Assembly: GCA_001661245.1 (NCBI GenBank)
Contig: KV454013.1
Coordinates: 331,005-395,004, forward strand
Length of the DNA stretch: 64,000 nucleotides
Origin: Pachysolen tannophilus NRRL Y-2460
Lineage: Eukaryota
Direction of reading: 5' to 3'
This document shows, in pieces, positions 1 to 11,290 of the stretch (positions are counted from its first letter, which is position 1; each line of letters starts with the position of its first letter). The position numbers were made by a program, and so were the translations under genes. The notes beneath the pieces were generated by a model that did no database searches, was not told where the DNA came from, and saw nothing but the letters and a program-made list of their open reading frames with translations.

Positions 1-2
1 AC

Positions 3-2606
3 TCAGTTACAATTTTAGAATTGACTTTATCAATTATAAACAGAATATTGATATTGCAACCTTATTACATTGACAACTTATTGCCTATAATTAAGGATTC
101 CTCAAATACAAACTATTTGACGAGTTCTGTGGGTACTCATGGTTTGAGATCTTTCTTTGATGCAATTTTATTCAAACTCCCGGTGGTTGCACATTTTGCT
201 CTTTACGTAGGTGCACAGCATTTGAAAGTTGCCTCAACATCACTTTCAATTTTGGATAAAATATCCAAGGCAGAAGTATTCGCTACTTCAAATGAATTAA
301 TTGGTAAAAATCGATTATTGACAACTTTAGACACAATTGATGAGTCCCTGAGAATTAAAAATTCATTTATTGATCAATTGGAAACTGAAATCATAAGCGA
401 TGAAAATTTGAGTTTAAAAATTGAAATTTTGAATTTTATCAATTCACATTTATCTTATAATGATAACGAATCTACGGTATCTCACTTTTTGTTAGGTTTT
501 CAAGTTCGAGGTAAAAATACATTAACATTAGGATTCAAAAGAAGTAAAGGTGATATAGACTCTGGAAGATCCGTCTTGAGCACATTACTTTATATTTTGA
601 ACTTGAGCGTTGAGATAATTAGTAAGAACTATAACATTGAATATACTTTTACAAGATTGACCTCATTAATAATGGAGATAATTTTGAAGATTACGAGAAG
701 CCTGATGTCAAGAAACTTGGTGACTCCCTATTTAAGAAGCAATAACTTGTTTTTGAAGTTGATCTCGTCGGAACCTAAAATTGATTCCGACTTAACCTTA
801 TGGCATGGACTGAAATTCACTAATAATTTAAACCAAAATAATTTGTTTACCACTCAAAGTCAAAGTATCGGCTCGTTTTTATCATTTATTCAGCATAGAA
901 GCTTTATTCTTCAATATTTGGCCTACGAGTTAAGTAATATGTTATCGGTGAATGGATCCGTTTCATTGACAAAAAAATATATCGATTCCTTAATTCATAA
1001 TAATGAACCTCTAAGTGGAGCTTCAAAAGTGTTAAACTTTTTAGATATCCTAGAGTTTAATTTCATAAACATTATAGAGCCGTTAAATCTGAAATTGTTT
1101 CAAGATTTTGATTATGATTACATTTTGAAAAATATCAAGTTAAACAATAAAAACATATTTCTCTCAGATTCAAGTGATTCTACATCCTTATATGATCTAA
1201 CCATTATTGATGTTATGGTTGAACTAGCTGGAAAAGAAATAAAATTTTTACACAGGAATGATATTGGAAAACAAAATTTCGACACTCTTTTTGAGAACGA
1301 GGCTGGATATTTGAAGAAATTTTTGACAAATGTTATAACTATTAGGGACTTCAAAAAGTATCAGTTGAAGTGTTTACATTCTTGGGCAACTTTGATACAG
1401 GTTATTGTTTCAAGCAGTAGTATTGATAGCGTAACAAAGTCGAATTTCATATTAAAAATCTTTCAATCGATATTACCTAAAATCAACGACTATATTGAAA
1501 TAGATATTTCCTTTGCGGAAGAACTAATCTCACTGTGTGTCTTATTGTACGATTTGTATGATAATAATGAGGATAACATTAATTTGATATCTCTTAGATT
1601 ATATCCATTATTCAAGACTTGTGTGAATGGAATTTTAGCTCCGCTTTCTACCCCTGATTTAAGGTCAGATTTATACGTGTTAGCAAATAGATATTTAAAC
1701 CAAATTGAAAATTCACAAGATGTTCTTGATGACTTACTTACACCTATCAAAGAAGGTATTGAAACGGAAAGATTTTTCAAAATAATACTTGAAGATTCAA
1801 TAGGAGGCGAAACTTCATCTAGGATTACATCATTATTATTACTAGAAACTTTTATGAAAATCACTTCTTCTAGGCAAGACAATTTTATTTTAAGCTTGTT
1901 AGTTAAAAATAACTACTTGGTTCTATTAATTAGATCGATTAAAAGAGCCGACGATTTATTATTTTCATATGCTGCTACTACATTGTCAGCTATTCCTACT
2001 GGTATATGCCAAAAAAATACTTCATTGTCTAATTTATTATATGAGCTAACGGCTTTTAAAACAACATTATATTTCTTGATAAGACTTGCAGAAACCAGAT
2101 CAGGTGCTTCCAAATTGATTCAATCAGAAATATATCGAGTTTTACGATCTTGTTCTGTTTTAAAAATTGACCCAGATATAGGAATAGATTTGAAATTTGA
2201 TGAATTTAATGTCTCAGATAGTGACGATGGTCCGCAAACACTGGTCATGGTTAATCTTTCTTTGGACACTCCTTTAAAATTACCAAAAGGATACCGTCAT
2301 CTGCAACAAACCAATGATGACACTTCTATTTCATTATTCGAGATAATAGTTCCAATCTTCCAGTTACTCAGCGCTATCTTAATATCAATGGGTCCATCCA
2401 ATAAACCAGTTATTGATAAGACAGAAGAAATATTGAAAAGTTCAGAAAGATTAATGCTTGGTGTCTTGAAAAGAGACCTTATCTTAGAGAAAACCCCAGT
2501 TTTGAAAAACTCTGAAGGTTTAATTTACCAAAACGACGTTTCCTCCTTGGGCTTGAAGGAATTGGTCAAGCAATATACATTACTTTTTGGATTGGTCAAC
2601 CAGTGA
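3..2606 (+). CDS. NUP192: Nucleoporin Nup192/Nup205, C-terminal part (5' end lies outside the window)
   Basis: The frame is open from the window edge. It encodes a long helical protein with Nup192-like segments (NRLLT..DES.RIK..FI.QL, HFLLGFQ, LHSWATLIQVIV, RITSLLLL, LKIDPDIG). Confidence 0.85.
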   Translation, partial: SVTILELTLSIINRILILQPYYIDNLLPIIKDSSNTNYLTSSVGTHGLRSFFDAILFKLPVVAHFALYVGAQHLKVASTSLSILDKISKAEVFATSNELIGKNRLLTTLDTIDESLRIKNSFIDQLETEIISDENLSLKIEILNFINSHLSYNDNESTVSHFLLGFQVRGKNTLTLGFKRSKGDIDSGRSVLSTLLYILNLSVEIISKNYNIEYTFTRLTSLIMEIILKITRSLMSRNLVTPYLRSNNLFLKLISSEPKIDSDLTLWHGLKFTNNLNQNNLFTTQSQSIGSFLSFIQHRSFILQYLAYELSNMLSVNGSVSLTKKYIDSLIHNNEPLSGASKVLNFLDILEFNFINIIEPLNLKLFQDFDYDYILKNIKLNNKNIFLSDSSDSTSLYDLTIIDVMVELAGKEIKFLHRNDIGKQNFDTLFENEAGYLKKFLTNVITIRDFKKYQLKCLHSWATLIQVIVSSSSIDSVTKSNFILKIFQSILPKINDYIEIDISFAEELISLCVLLYDLYDNNEDNINLISLRLYPLFKTCVNGILAPLSTPDLRSDLYVLANRYLNQIENSQDVLDDLLTPIKEGIETERFFKIILEDSIGGETSSRITSLLLLETFMKITSSRQDNFILSLLVKNNYLVLLIRSIKRADDLLFSYAATTLSAIPTGICQKNTSLSNLLYELTAFKTTLYFLIRLAETRSGASKLIQSEIYRVLRSCSVLKIDPDIGIDLKFDEFNVSDSDDGPQTLVMVNLSLDTPLKLPKGYRHLQQTNDDTSISLFEIIVPIFQLLSAILISMGPSNKPVIDKTEEILKSSERLMLGVLKRDLILEKTPVLKNSEGLIYQNDVSSLGLKELVKQYTLLFGLVNQ

Positions 2607-2789
2607 TTGACTATATGAAGCAAGAATTACCGTTTCAATAAGACGTTTTATAGTTTGTATGTCATCAATAAATGAAAAATTGATAAAAACTGGTCGTGTA
2701 AAAAGCCTCTCACACCATCATTTATGATATGAAAACTGGAGTGAATAAAGTAATATAATATAATATAATATAGATTAATATATTATGAA

Positions 2790-3287
2790 TTACAAATAGT
2801 GCAGTCTCTCTTTTTGAATCATTGTTATTGTTGAGATATCCCAGCTTCTATTACAACCTGGTGTCAAATGAACTGGTTTGAAATAATCGGCAATTAAAGG
2901 ATTTATTCCACTACCTAAGGGTAATTGGTCTGGTTTAATCAGATCATTGATTTCCTTAATTGATAATGGATTTTTAATTGGATCATGATTTAAATTGCCA
3001 AAGCTCGTATAATATTTTCTCAAGTTACTCTCAACCACAGGAGAAATTGATATATAAGTAGACGGATCCGTGGGTTGTAATGGTGTTCTTGGTATTCTTA
3101 TTCCAATATCTGGTTTATATATTCCGTCGATATTCTCAAATTGAAACTCATCTTCTTTCAACTTAAACACAGAATTAGCATCCGCAGTGTTAATCGGACA
3201 AATAGACGAACTTAGAAAAGTGTTCAAAGCATTTTTGGTGGCATTTGAAGATGTCGGTAATCTACCGAAATCACCAGGTATATACAT
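2790..3287 (-). CDS. Hypothetical protein, 165 aa
   Basis: ATG-started ORF filling the gap between NUP192 and the WD40 gene. No recognised motif. Confidence 0.65.
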   Translation of the reverse strand: MYIPGDFGRLPTSSNATKNALNTFLSSSICPINTADANSVFKLKEDEFQFENIDGIYKPDIGIRIPRTPLQPTDPSTYISISPVVESNLRKYYTSFGNLNHDPIKNPLSIKEINDLIKPDQLPLGSGINPLIADYFKPVHLTPGCNRSWDISTITMIQKERLHYL

Positions 3288-3435
3288 CGCTATAGCCTTT
3301 TTTTTTTTTTGCCCTATAAATTTACCTAAACCCCCAACCTAATAATAATACAACAATTTTCAATAAAATAAATTTGAAAGAAAAGTAATTCCTTAACTCT
3401 CCTACTGCATTGCTGAAATTGTATCATTTGATGCG

Positions 3436-5205
3436 ATGTACCAACTGAATACTGGTGGCACTGGTAGTAATGGCGGTGGTGGTCATAGTAGCGGTGGTGG
3501 TGGTCATACATCAATATTGGGACGAACAAATAGTGTTTATAACAGAAATACTTCTAGCTTGGGTAAGAAGATTTTGTGGGGTAAAAAACCATTGGACGAA
3601 GGACATTCTTCTAGTTCAGTTAATGATTTGAAACAACCAAAATCATCTTTAAATAGATCTTCATCAGCTTTTATTTCGAAAGTTACAACTTGTGATAATT
3701 TACATAAAAAATTAAACCAAGCAAATGAGTTGATAATAGCTGCTCATGGCAGATTTTTCAATATACTCAATTCAAACGATGATTATACTAAAATTGAAGC
3801 AGAAAACCCTTATATCAGAGTATTATTTAATATTGGAATAATCACTTCAATAGCTTGCTTTATCCATTCGTTTCCACATGACAAAAATTTGGATATAGCG
3901 ATTGCATTTTCTACAGGTGATTTGGTGTGGATTAATCCGTTTAAAATGAAATATACAAGATTTAATAAAAATGCAAAATTACTTAATAAACCTATAATCT
4001 CAGTTAGGTGGTCAAACTGTGGACGGTACATTTTAGCTGGGTTTAGTAATGGTGAGGTAATGGTATTCAATAGAGATTTGGAAGAAGACGAGAACTATTT
4101 TATAAGCCAAGATTTAGCTAGGAGAGAACCACATGCTGTTTTTTATAAAGAATCAACTTTGGCCACTAAGTTGAATCCTATCTCGCATTTTAAAATATCA
4201 AATAAACCTATAACTTCTATAAAAATAAACCCTGTTTATAATAATTTTTGTTGCATTACTTCAGATGACGGATTTATTAGAATTATAGATCTTTCCAAAA
4301 ATTTCCTATCAGATATTTATGAATCCTATTATGGAGGAATCTTGGTATCTGAATTTACAAAAGATGGGAAATTTTTATTAGTAGGAGGCGAGGATGATTT
4401 CATATCTATTTACGAATTGTTGATTAATAATATAAGCAATGTCCCTATAAATGGTAACTTAAGATTAATAACGAGGTTACAAGGGCAGTCTTCTTGGGTA
4501 AGATCTATTAAAGTTGACTATGTTAAATCTTCCCCAAAAGTCCTGGTATATAGAATCGGTGGAGTGGGCGATGACGGATACTTAAATTACTGGGAGTTTC
4601 AGCCACGAAGGTTGCCTAAAATCAAGAGACCTTTGCACCATCATAATCGAACTGGTAGTCGTAATATTAGCGGTAATTATGCACCTAGTTCCCATAATAC
4701 CACGCCAAATTTGAAGAGTGGTTCGAATGGCACGTTTCCATCTCAAAAACAATCCCAACAGCAGCAGCAAAGTCACAGACGTAGAATTTCATCGTTGCCT
4801 CTAGCAAATTTATATCGCCATTCGAATTCAATATCATCATTAACTTCTTCAACAACCCAGCAGCATATGTCGTTAATTGAACTGATCCATTCCAATTCCC
4901 AAGCAGCAACTTCTGGAGACGGTTATAGCAGCAGCTCAAATAATAACAATAACCTTTCCAGTAATAGTCTCATTCCTGAAACGCTGCTCTCTTTTACTAG
5001 TAATACTGTTACCTGGATACCGATTAATCTCGAGATGAATAAGTGTGTTGTTCATAATCTGGCTGGTTATAATGCTGTTCCAATTTTACAGCCACTTAGC
5101 AGTAAAGACGTTTCATTGGGAAGACTTAGTGGCTTATTTTTTGATAAGAATTATTCGTGGGTTTTTAGTGCAGGTGGAGATTTAGTGAGATGGAAAAGAC
5201 CTTAG
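3436..5205 (+). CDS. WD40-repeat protein, CreC/WDR20-like deubiquitinase cofactor
   Basis: WD40 blades with CreC-type motifs SYYGG...FTKDGKFLLVGGEDD, RLQG.SSWV, YRIGGVGDDG and YTRFNKN. Confidence 0.8.
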   Translation: MYQLNTGGTGSNGGGGHSSGGGGHTSILGRTNSVYNRNTSSLGKKILWGKKPLDEGHSSSSVNDLKQPKSSLNRSSSAFISKVTTCDNLHKKLNQANELIIAAHGRFFNILNSNDDYTKIEAENPYIRVLFNIGIITSIACFIHSFPHDKNLDIAIAFSTGDLVWINPFKMKYTRFNKNAKLLNKPIISVRWSNCGRYILAGFSNGEVMVFNRDLEEDENYFISQDLARREPHAVFYKESTLATKLNPISHFKISNKPITSIKINPVYNNFCCITSDDGFIRIIDLSKNFLSDIYESYYGGILVSEFTKDGKFLLVGGEDDFISIYELLINNISNVPINGNLRLITRLQGQSSWVRSIKVDYVKSSPKVLVYRIGGVGDDGYLNYWEFQPRRLPKIKRPLHHHNRTGSRNISGNYAPSSHNTTPNLKSGSNGTFPSQKQSQQQQQSHRRRISSLPLANLYRHSNSISSLTSSTTQQHMSLIELIHSNSQAATSGDGYSSSSNNNNNLSSNSLIPETLLSFTSNTVTWIPINLEMNKCVVHNLAGYNAVPILQPLSSKDVSLGRLSGLFFDKNYSWVFSAGGDLVRWKRP

Positions 5206-5268
5206 GGGTATTTGTAAGCTTACCGAATAAATTAAAATACTTAGCAATAAAAATTAGATTTTATAATT

Positions 5269-6747
5269 TCATATATCCTTTAAATTAAACTTATCATGCA
5301 ACAATAATTGAATATGGCATATCAAAAAATTGATTTGAGATGTTAATGTGTAGAAATTGCAGTCTTTGTTTTCCGTCTCCTTGATATATTTTACGCAATC
5401 TTTCAGAAAATTTGCTGCTACTATGGTATTAAAATTTCTACTCAAATTCTCAAACATCTTTGATACTACCAATTTTTCATCATTATCAATGATCCCAGAA
5501 ACCAAATTCGCCAAAAAATTATAATCCACTTCCAATTTTATCAGTCTTCTGTCATTATATAAATATTCTGTTGGAATATGCAATTTAAACGGAATTTCCG
5601 TAATTTTTATAGAATCAGATTCGATCTGAATCACCAAACCCTCTTTTGATGCCTCTGTTGTTAGAGGTATAGTCAATGCAAATATATCATTGGACTGAGT
5701 GGCTTTCAATTTTTTGATATTGAATTCTTTGAAACGTTGTAAAAAAATGGAGATTTCTCTTGATCGTAGTTCCGTATATTTCGCTGGGATTTTTGAAGAA
5801 GAGCTCTGTGGTTTTCCTGAGAAAGTTTCACCTGAGAAATTTTCAATTTTTTGAGAAGACGATGGAAATGTCAGAAGTTGTGTTTGAGTTTTTAGTTCAG
5901 GAGTTGATTTTTGAGTTGTGGAATTTGAACTTTTTTCCTTCTTTTTAACTCTAATAACTTTTATTGTTTCTTTTTTTTCTTTTTTCAAAAATTTTTCCAA
6001 ATACTTATCCAAAGTCAAAATCATTGAAAGCAAATCGTTTCCCTTTGTCATTTCAATAGTATCATCATCTTCTGTAATTACGTCGTTTTCGTTACTTGCT
6101 TCACCAGGGCTCATCTTGTTATCATTTTTCCGATTACGTTTCCTCTTGCTTTTCCTATTTGATTTGTTTTCTATGCATTTGTCAACAATTTCATTAAATC
6201 CATATTCTATATTTACACTAAAACCTTTTGGGATCTCTTCATTTAATACCGCAATGGAAGGTCTAGTTGTCTTATCATAACCATTTCTTTGGAAAAAAGG
6301 ATATTTGCTAGGAACAAACAAGGAAATTTTCAAGAAATCCAAATCAAACGGAAAATCGGGATCAGATGGAACTATTGATAACGTCAAATAAATATTCTCT
6401 TTAGCTAAACACAATTTTTTCAAATTTTGCTGTATAGATGAGGACAAGTTAGAAACTAGTGATCCATTAATAGTCAAAGGTTCAAATGTCTTTATCAATT
6501 TATTTATTTCTAAAAATTTTGGATCTGGTTTCTCCTTCTGATATTTGTTGTGTCCATGATGTCCATGTGATGACTTGCTCACTCTTTTATCCTCTTCATG
6601 AACATCTGTTTGTGATTTCTTCTTCTTATTATTATTATTTCTTTTCCTATGGCCTCTTGAATTTTGATTATGACCATTTTCCCGCAACAGTATCTCATTT
6701 GAGTCCTGGGTCGGTACCATAAGAACACTAGCAGTATCCAATGACAT
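5269..6747 (-). CDS. Conserved fungal hypothetical protein, possible UBC/RWD-like fold
   Basis: 492-aa ORF with the motif PSDPDFPFDL...L.VP.KYP and N.EIPKGFSVNIE.GF, which I recall from uncharacterised fungal proteins. Confidence 0.6.
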   Translation of the reverse strand: MSLDTASVLMVPTQDSNEILLRENGHNQNSRGHRKRNNNNKKKKSQTDVHEEDKRVSKSSHGHHGHNKYQKEKPDPKFLEINKLIKTFEPLTINGSLVSNLSSSIQQNLKKLCLAKENIYLTLSIVPSDPDFPFDLDFLKISLFVPSKYPFFQRNGYDKTTRPSIAVLNEEIPKGFSVNIEYGFNEIVDKCIENKSNRKSKRKRNRKNDNKMSPGEASNENDVITEDDDTIEMTKGNDLLSMILTLDKYLEKFLKKEKKETIKVIRVKKKEKSSNSTTQKSTPELKTQTQLLTFPSSSQKIENFSGETFSGKPQSSSSKIPAKYTELRSREISIFLQRFKEFNIKKLKATQSNDIFALTIPLTTEASKEGLVIQIESDSIKITEIPFKLHIPTEYLYNDRRLIKLEVDYNFLANLVSGIIDNDEKLVVSKMFENLSRNFNTIVAANFLKDCVKYIKETENKDCNFYTLTSQINFLICHIQLLLHDKFNLKDI

Positions 6748-7072
6748 CTATAGATAATCTTTATCAAAACGCGCTCTTTATTTTAATATTAATCAATTCA
6801 AAAATTGAATTAATACGGATTTATAATAATAGATTTGATAAAATAAAAATCGCCATACTAAAAAATTTTTACATGCAAAAATATATATATATATATATAT
6901 TTTATAATTATAGGACAAATTAATTATTAAAATTATATTGAACTTATTTAATATCCAATTTAAATAGTTTTGGACTTTTCAAATGCTTAGAGGTGAATTA
7001 TATAGTATACGAAGGTAAAATATGTAAAAATAAATTAAAAAGATTATTTAATAATGATATGTTTAAAAAGTT

Positions 7073-9199
7073 TTACCAAACTTGAATTTGATCAAATAAT
7101 TCAACAGTGTTTTTTGTCTTGGTGATATTTTGAGTAACAGCATATCTTACATCGTCTGTAAAGTTGACATGAGCACATGTAACAAAGGCAACTGAGCCGT
7201 TTGCACTTGTGATTTCTTCTTGTACGAGTTCGTCAAGATTTGGTCTAGATTCTCTAAATTCAACAAACGGTAATCTAGCTTTCAATTGCAGAACAGAATC
7301 AACTTCTTTAGTTTCCATTAAATCTGATGTTTTTTCATCTGAATCAGACGCCCCGTTGGAGTCTGAGGAAGTATTAGGTAAAGATAAACCGTCAACTTCG
7401 TTAGGACGTGTCACGTATACAACAACTTGAGCTTTAGTATCTTTGAAATTTGATAATTCTTCAAAAAACCAATCAAAAGATTTCCAATGACGAATTGCCC
7501 AGTAAAATTTAACTTCTTGTCCCTCAATATTTTGACGAATCAATGACATTGCTTCAGCATATAAACCTGGAACACCGTTACCACTTGAGACGAAAACAGC
7601 TTTCTTAAATCTATGGACTGGTGCAACTGAACCATATGGACCATCAATTGAGACTCTAATCTTAGCACTCTTTGAAGACTGTTTTTGTAAATATTTGAAT
7701 AAACTATTTGTGATACCACCCTTTAATTTGACGTAAAAGGAAACAGTACCATCACCTTCAACTGAATCGACAACGGTGAAAGGATGTGATTGCCAGAAAC
7801 ATGATTTGCGTACAAAGGTGATAAATGCATGTTGACCTGGTGCAGCCTTCCAGTACTTTGGTTTTGGAATAGTGATCTTTAATGTTTCATCAGCTTTTAA
7901 TGAGACATCTGCTAATGGGAATCCAAAAGCAATAAGTCTGCAGACTCTAACAACTCTGTCAAAACCCCAAACGGCAACAGCAGCGTAATAATACTGCCCG
8001 TAACCTTCTGCATGAGTGTGAACCCAACCACCAGCGATGAAGAAAGCGGCAAGAGTAAGATGCAACAGGAAGAAAATTTCATAACTTCTCTTTCTGAAAA
8101 ATAATAATGCCTGAACCATAATGACACCACCAGCACATGTAGCAATAATTCCCCATTTGACAAAAGATTCTTGATTACGAGATACAACCTGACCTGCTGA
8201 AACACCATTACATGTCATAGCAACGGCATGAATAAATACAAAGATAAAAGCTGTTCTTGCAACCCATCTGTGGAAGGCTAACATTCTAGCAAAATTCCAA
8301 CGAGTGAAAAATTGTAAGAAATTATTTCTTCCAGCAAATAATACCAATAATGGCATCAAGAAAAGTGACATAACACCTGATCTATCAGCGACATAACGTC
8401 CAATTTGTCCTTCTTCCCCAGTCCAAAATGCGTTTGGATAAATAAAATGATAATTACTTGTTAAGAAAGCAATATTTAAAACCATAAATATACCAATAAG
8501 AATTGAATCCAAACGTGTCGGTACTAACCACTCAAATATAATCAAAAATCTTTTGTTAACATTGTGAGCACGACGACCAGCAGCTGCTAAACAAATGTAT
8601 CTTTGCCATAACTTGGAAACACAATTATTATTAAGATTTGGGAAAAAGTACAAGATCCAATTGATTATTGAAGCACCAATCATAACCAGCATCCAGTATG
8701 CAAGCAATGCAGTTCCATAATAAATAGATCTATTGTAATTCAAATAACGACCTTTATATGAGTCAAAATACATTTCTGCCTTTTTCTTAGTCAAAGTGAC
8801 TGGACTATAAGAAATTGCAGTTGAATTAAAATCATCAGCAGTTGGATCAACAAAATAATTTGTAGCATTTTCATATGCAGCATAAAATTCGTCTAAAGTT
8901 AATTCAACATCAGCTTCGGACTCACATTGTTCCAAGAAATAATTGATCTTTGATGTAGAGTTTGATAAACCGACAATATAACATTCGGCCATCGTTCCCA
9001 AAGCAGGTATTGTAGCACAAAGACATTTATATCCCGAAGTTTCACAAAAAGTAGCAGTTTTTTGAATATATCTGGCACAAGCCTCTTCTGCTAATTCATT
9101 TGAAGTATATTTGGTCCAACCATTATCACCAGAAGCATTAACAACTTCAAAAGAAGTTAGACAGGCCAATGCCAACGAAGCTAGACTGAACAGACGCAT
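7073..9199 (-). CDS. Plasma-membrane ferric/cupric reductase (FRE/CFL family)
   Basis: Signal peptide, Cys-rich N-terminal domain, heme-binding TM helices (FHRWVAR, H...H), FAD motif QSHPFT and NADPH motifs DGPYG and G.GVPG. Confidence 0.95.
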   Translation of the reverse strand: MRLFSLASLALACLTSFEVVNASGDNGWTKYTSNELAEEACARYIQKTATFCETSGYKCLCATIPALGTMAECYIVGLSNSTSKINYFLEQCESEADVELTLDEFYAAYENATNYFVDPTADDFNSTAISYSPVTLTKKKAEMYFDSYKGRYLNYNRSIYYGTALLAYWMLVMIGASIINWILYFFPNLNNNCVSKLWQRYICLAAAGRRAHNVNKRFLIIFEWLVPTRLDSILIGIFMVLNIAFLTSNYHFIYPNAFWTGEEGQIGRYVADRSGVMSLFLMPLLVLFAGRNNFLQFFTRWNFARMLAFHRWVARTAFIFVFIHAVAMTCNGVSAGQVVSRNQESFVKWGIIATCAGGVIMVQALLFFRKRSYEIFFLLHLTLAAFFIAGGWVHTHAEGYGQYYYAAVAVWGFDRVVRVCRLIAFGFPLADVSLKADETLKITIPKPKYWKAAPGQHAFITFVRKSCFWQSHPFTVVDSVEGDGTVSFYVKLKGGITNSLFKYLQKQSSKSAKIRVSIDGPYGSVAPVHRFKKAVFVSSGNGVPGLYAEAMSLIRQNIEGQEVKFYWAIRHWKSFDWFFEELSNFKDTKAQVVVYVTRPNEVDGLSLPNTSSDSNGASDSDEKTSDLMETKEVDSVLQLKARLPFVEFRESRPNLDELVQEEITSANGSVAFVTCAHVNFTDDVRYAVTQNITKTKNTVELFDQIQVW

Positions 9200-11290
9200 A
9201 TTGTGATAACCACTAATGATTTGAACCTTTACAGAAGAAGAAGAAAAAAAAAAGAAAAAGGAAAAAGGAACTTATTATTCAAAGAGTGAATACTTCCATC
9301 TATTTATATACAGACAAAAAAAAAAAGGTTTTTTATTTTTTTTTTTGTCTTGGACTGTTGCTTGAAAAGCCAACATTCAAATGCACAAAAATTTTTCAGG
9401 TACTTGATTCTGAAAATGAGAGAGTAGATGTCACTTTACTTCAAAGGCCTTATCTCATCATATAATAATATTTTAATGCTCCCCTTCACTAAACCCTCGG
9501 AACCGATTACCCTAGTGAAGACTAAGTGAAAACACATATATTTAAAAAACCTGAATGGCTCAATCCTTCAAATTTGATGGTTGATATGTCATTAGTTTTG
9601 GTTCAAAGACCCGAGAATTGGTGAATAATTTTGATTTACGCTATTTTTTTTTTTTTTTTCGAATTCTTACATACCGCTTATAAAATAAAGTTGCATTGCA
9701 TCAACCCTTATGCATGAACAGTACAGAAAAAATAAAAATTTTTATCTCAACCATCAGTACAGTTCTCGACTCAACAGAATTAAAATATTCCCCTGGAAAA
9801 TTTTTTATCCTCAAGCCTCTAAAAGGTACTCAACATAAAACATGAAACAGGGCAGTAACAAGTGTTTTAAAAATTAAAATAAAAAAAAAATATTGAAACA
9901 CCTTTGTTTTTAGTGTTGAATTAAATCAAGTCCAATCAGGTCACTTTTCAGTTTATTGTATTTTGTGTTTTTAACTAAGGAAGAAAGAAATAGTGTATCT
10001 GCAGTAGTTGATATCAAAAAAAAGAAAAGAAAGAGAAAAAAAAACTATCAGTTCTTATGTAGCCAAGTGTTTAATACCCTCGGGCTTTGAACAATGAAGA
10101 TGGTAGGTAGATCAAAATAACTTCTTTAAGAATATGAACCAAAAAAATGTAAAATACATTATACTATTATTACAACTGTTGACAAAAAACAAAAAAATTT
10201 CCTTTTATGGATTTATAGGACCGTACATCTTGCATCTTACATTATAATACCGTATTTAATCTCAAAAATCCTTTTAACAAATAGTAATACTGAATTGAAT
10301 TGAATTGGACTGAACTGAACTTTACTGATCCAATTGGACATTGAGTTTTAATGCTTATTTGAAAACTCAGATTTTTTAGTTCAATTTAATCTCATGTTCA
10401 TATCAGTTGCTAAATTGTTTTAAAATTAAATTCTAATCTTTTTGTTAGGACACTATTTATTTAAGGAAGAAAAAAAAAATAACATTCACGCATAAAAGTC
10501 TTAGAATAAAGCCCTGAACGCGTAGGTTTTTTTCTTAAAAAAACTTTTTTTTTTTGTCATGGCTTTTCTTTCAACAATTTATCTCAAAGATCAATGCACT
10601 GCAGAAATAGTAGTCGCCTCCTACCCTGTAAAAATTTAAATTTGAAGCCAAAAAAAGCATTTACTATTATATGTAATGAGGTGAAGCTTTTATGATGCAC
10701 GTATCACTATAATCAAAATATGACATCAATAAAGAAGCAGAAAACGCTCCGAGACATTTGTAAATTCTCATTGTCTATTGCTTTCCTTCTTTCGTTTGTG
10801 TGCTTAGAGCTGCTTGACTGTTGCAAAATGATTTGCCAACGTTATATTATTTTTTCGTTTTTTTTTTCAATTTAGGATCCTCAACTAAAATGTTATACGA
10901 GATTTAGGCATAAAAGATTAAATGTATAAGGATTTGCGGAAGAAAAGAAAAAAATTTTGATCGTCATACTTGATGTGTGTAATTTCGCTAAATTTCCTAA
11001 ATATAAAGTGACAAAACTATTGAAAGCTTATTTTTTGTAGTGCGTTGGCATTATTATTATTATTTTTATTATTAGTAAAGAAGCATGAAAAATTTCTACT
11101 GGTGGAAAAATAAAATACTTAAAGTTTGAAAGGTTTTGAATCTACATTACCGCATTCACTACTACATTTTTGACTAGTCAGTCTAAATTAGATCTTTTAG
11201 ATTATATACTAATTTTCTACCCTACTTTAAGTGAAAGTGAAAGTGAAAGAAAAAAAAAATTTTTTTTTGGCTTTTTTTTATTTCTTATTA

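Noticed and set aside
9484..9520. Inverted repeat CTTCACTA...TAGTGAAG in the FRE upstream region
   Set aside because: An 8-bp stem with a long loop and no other support is compatible with chance.
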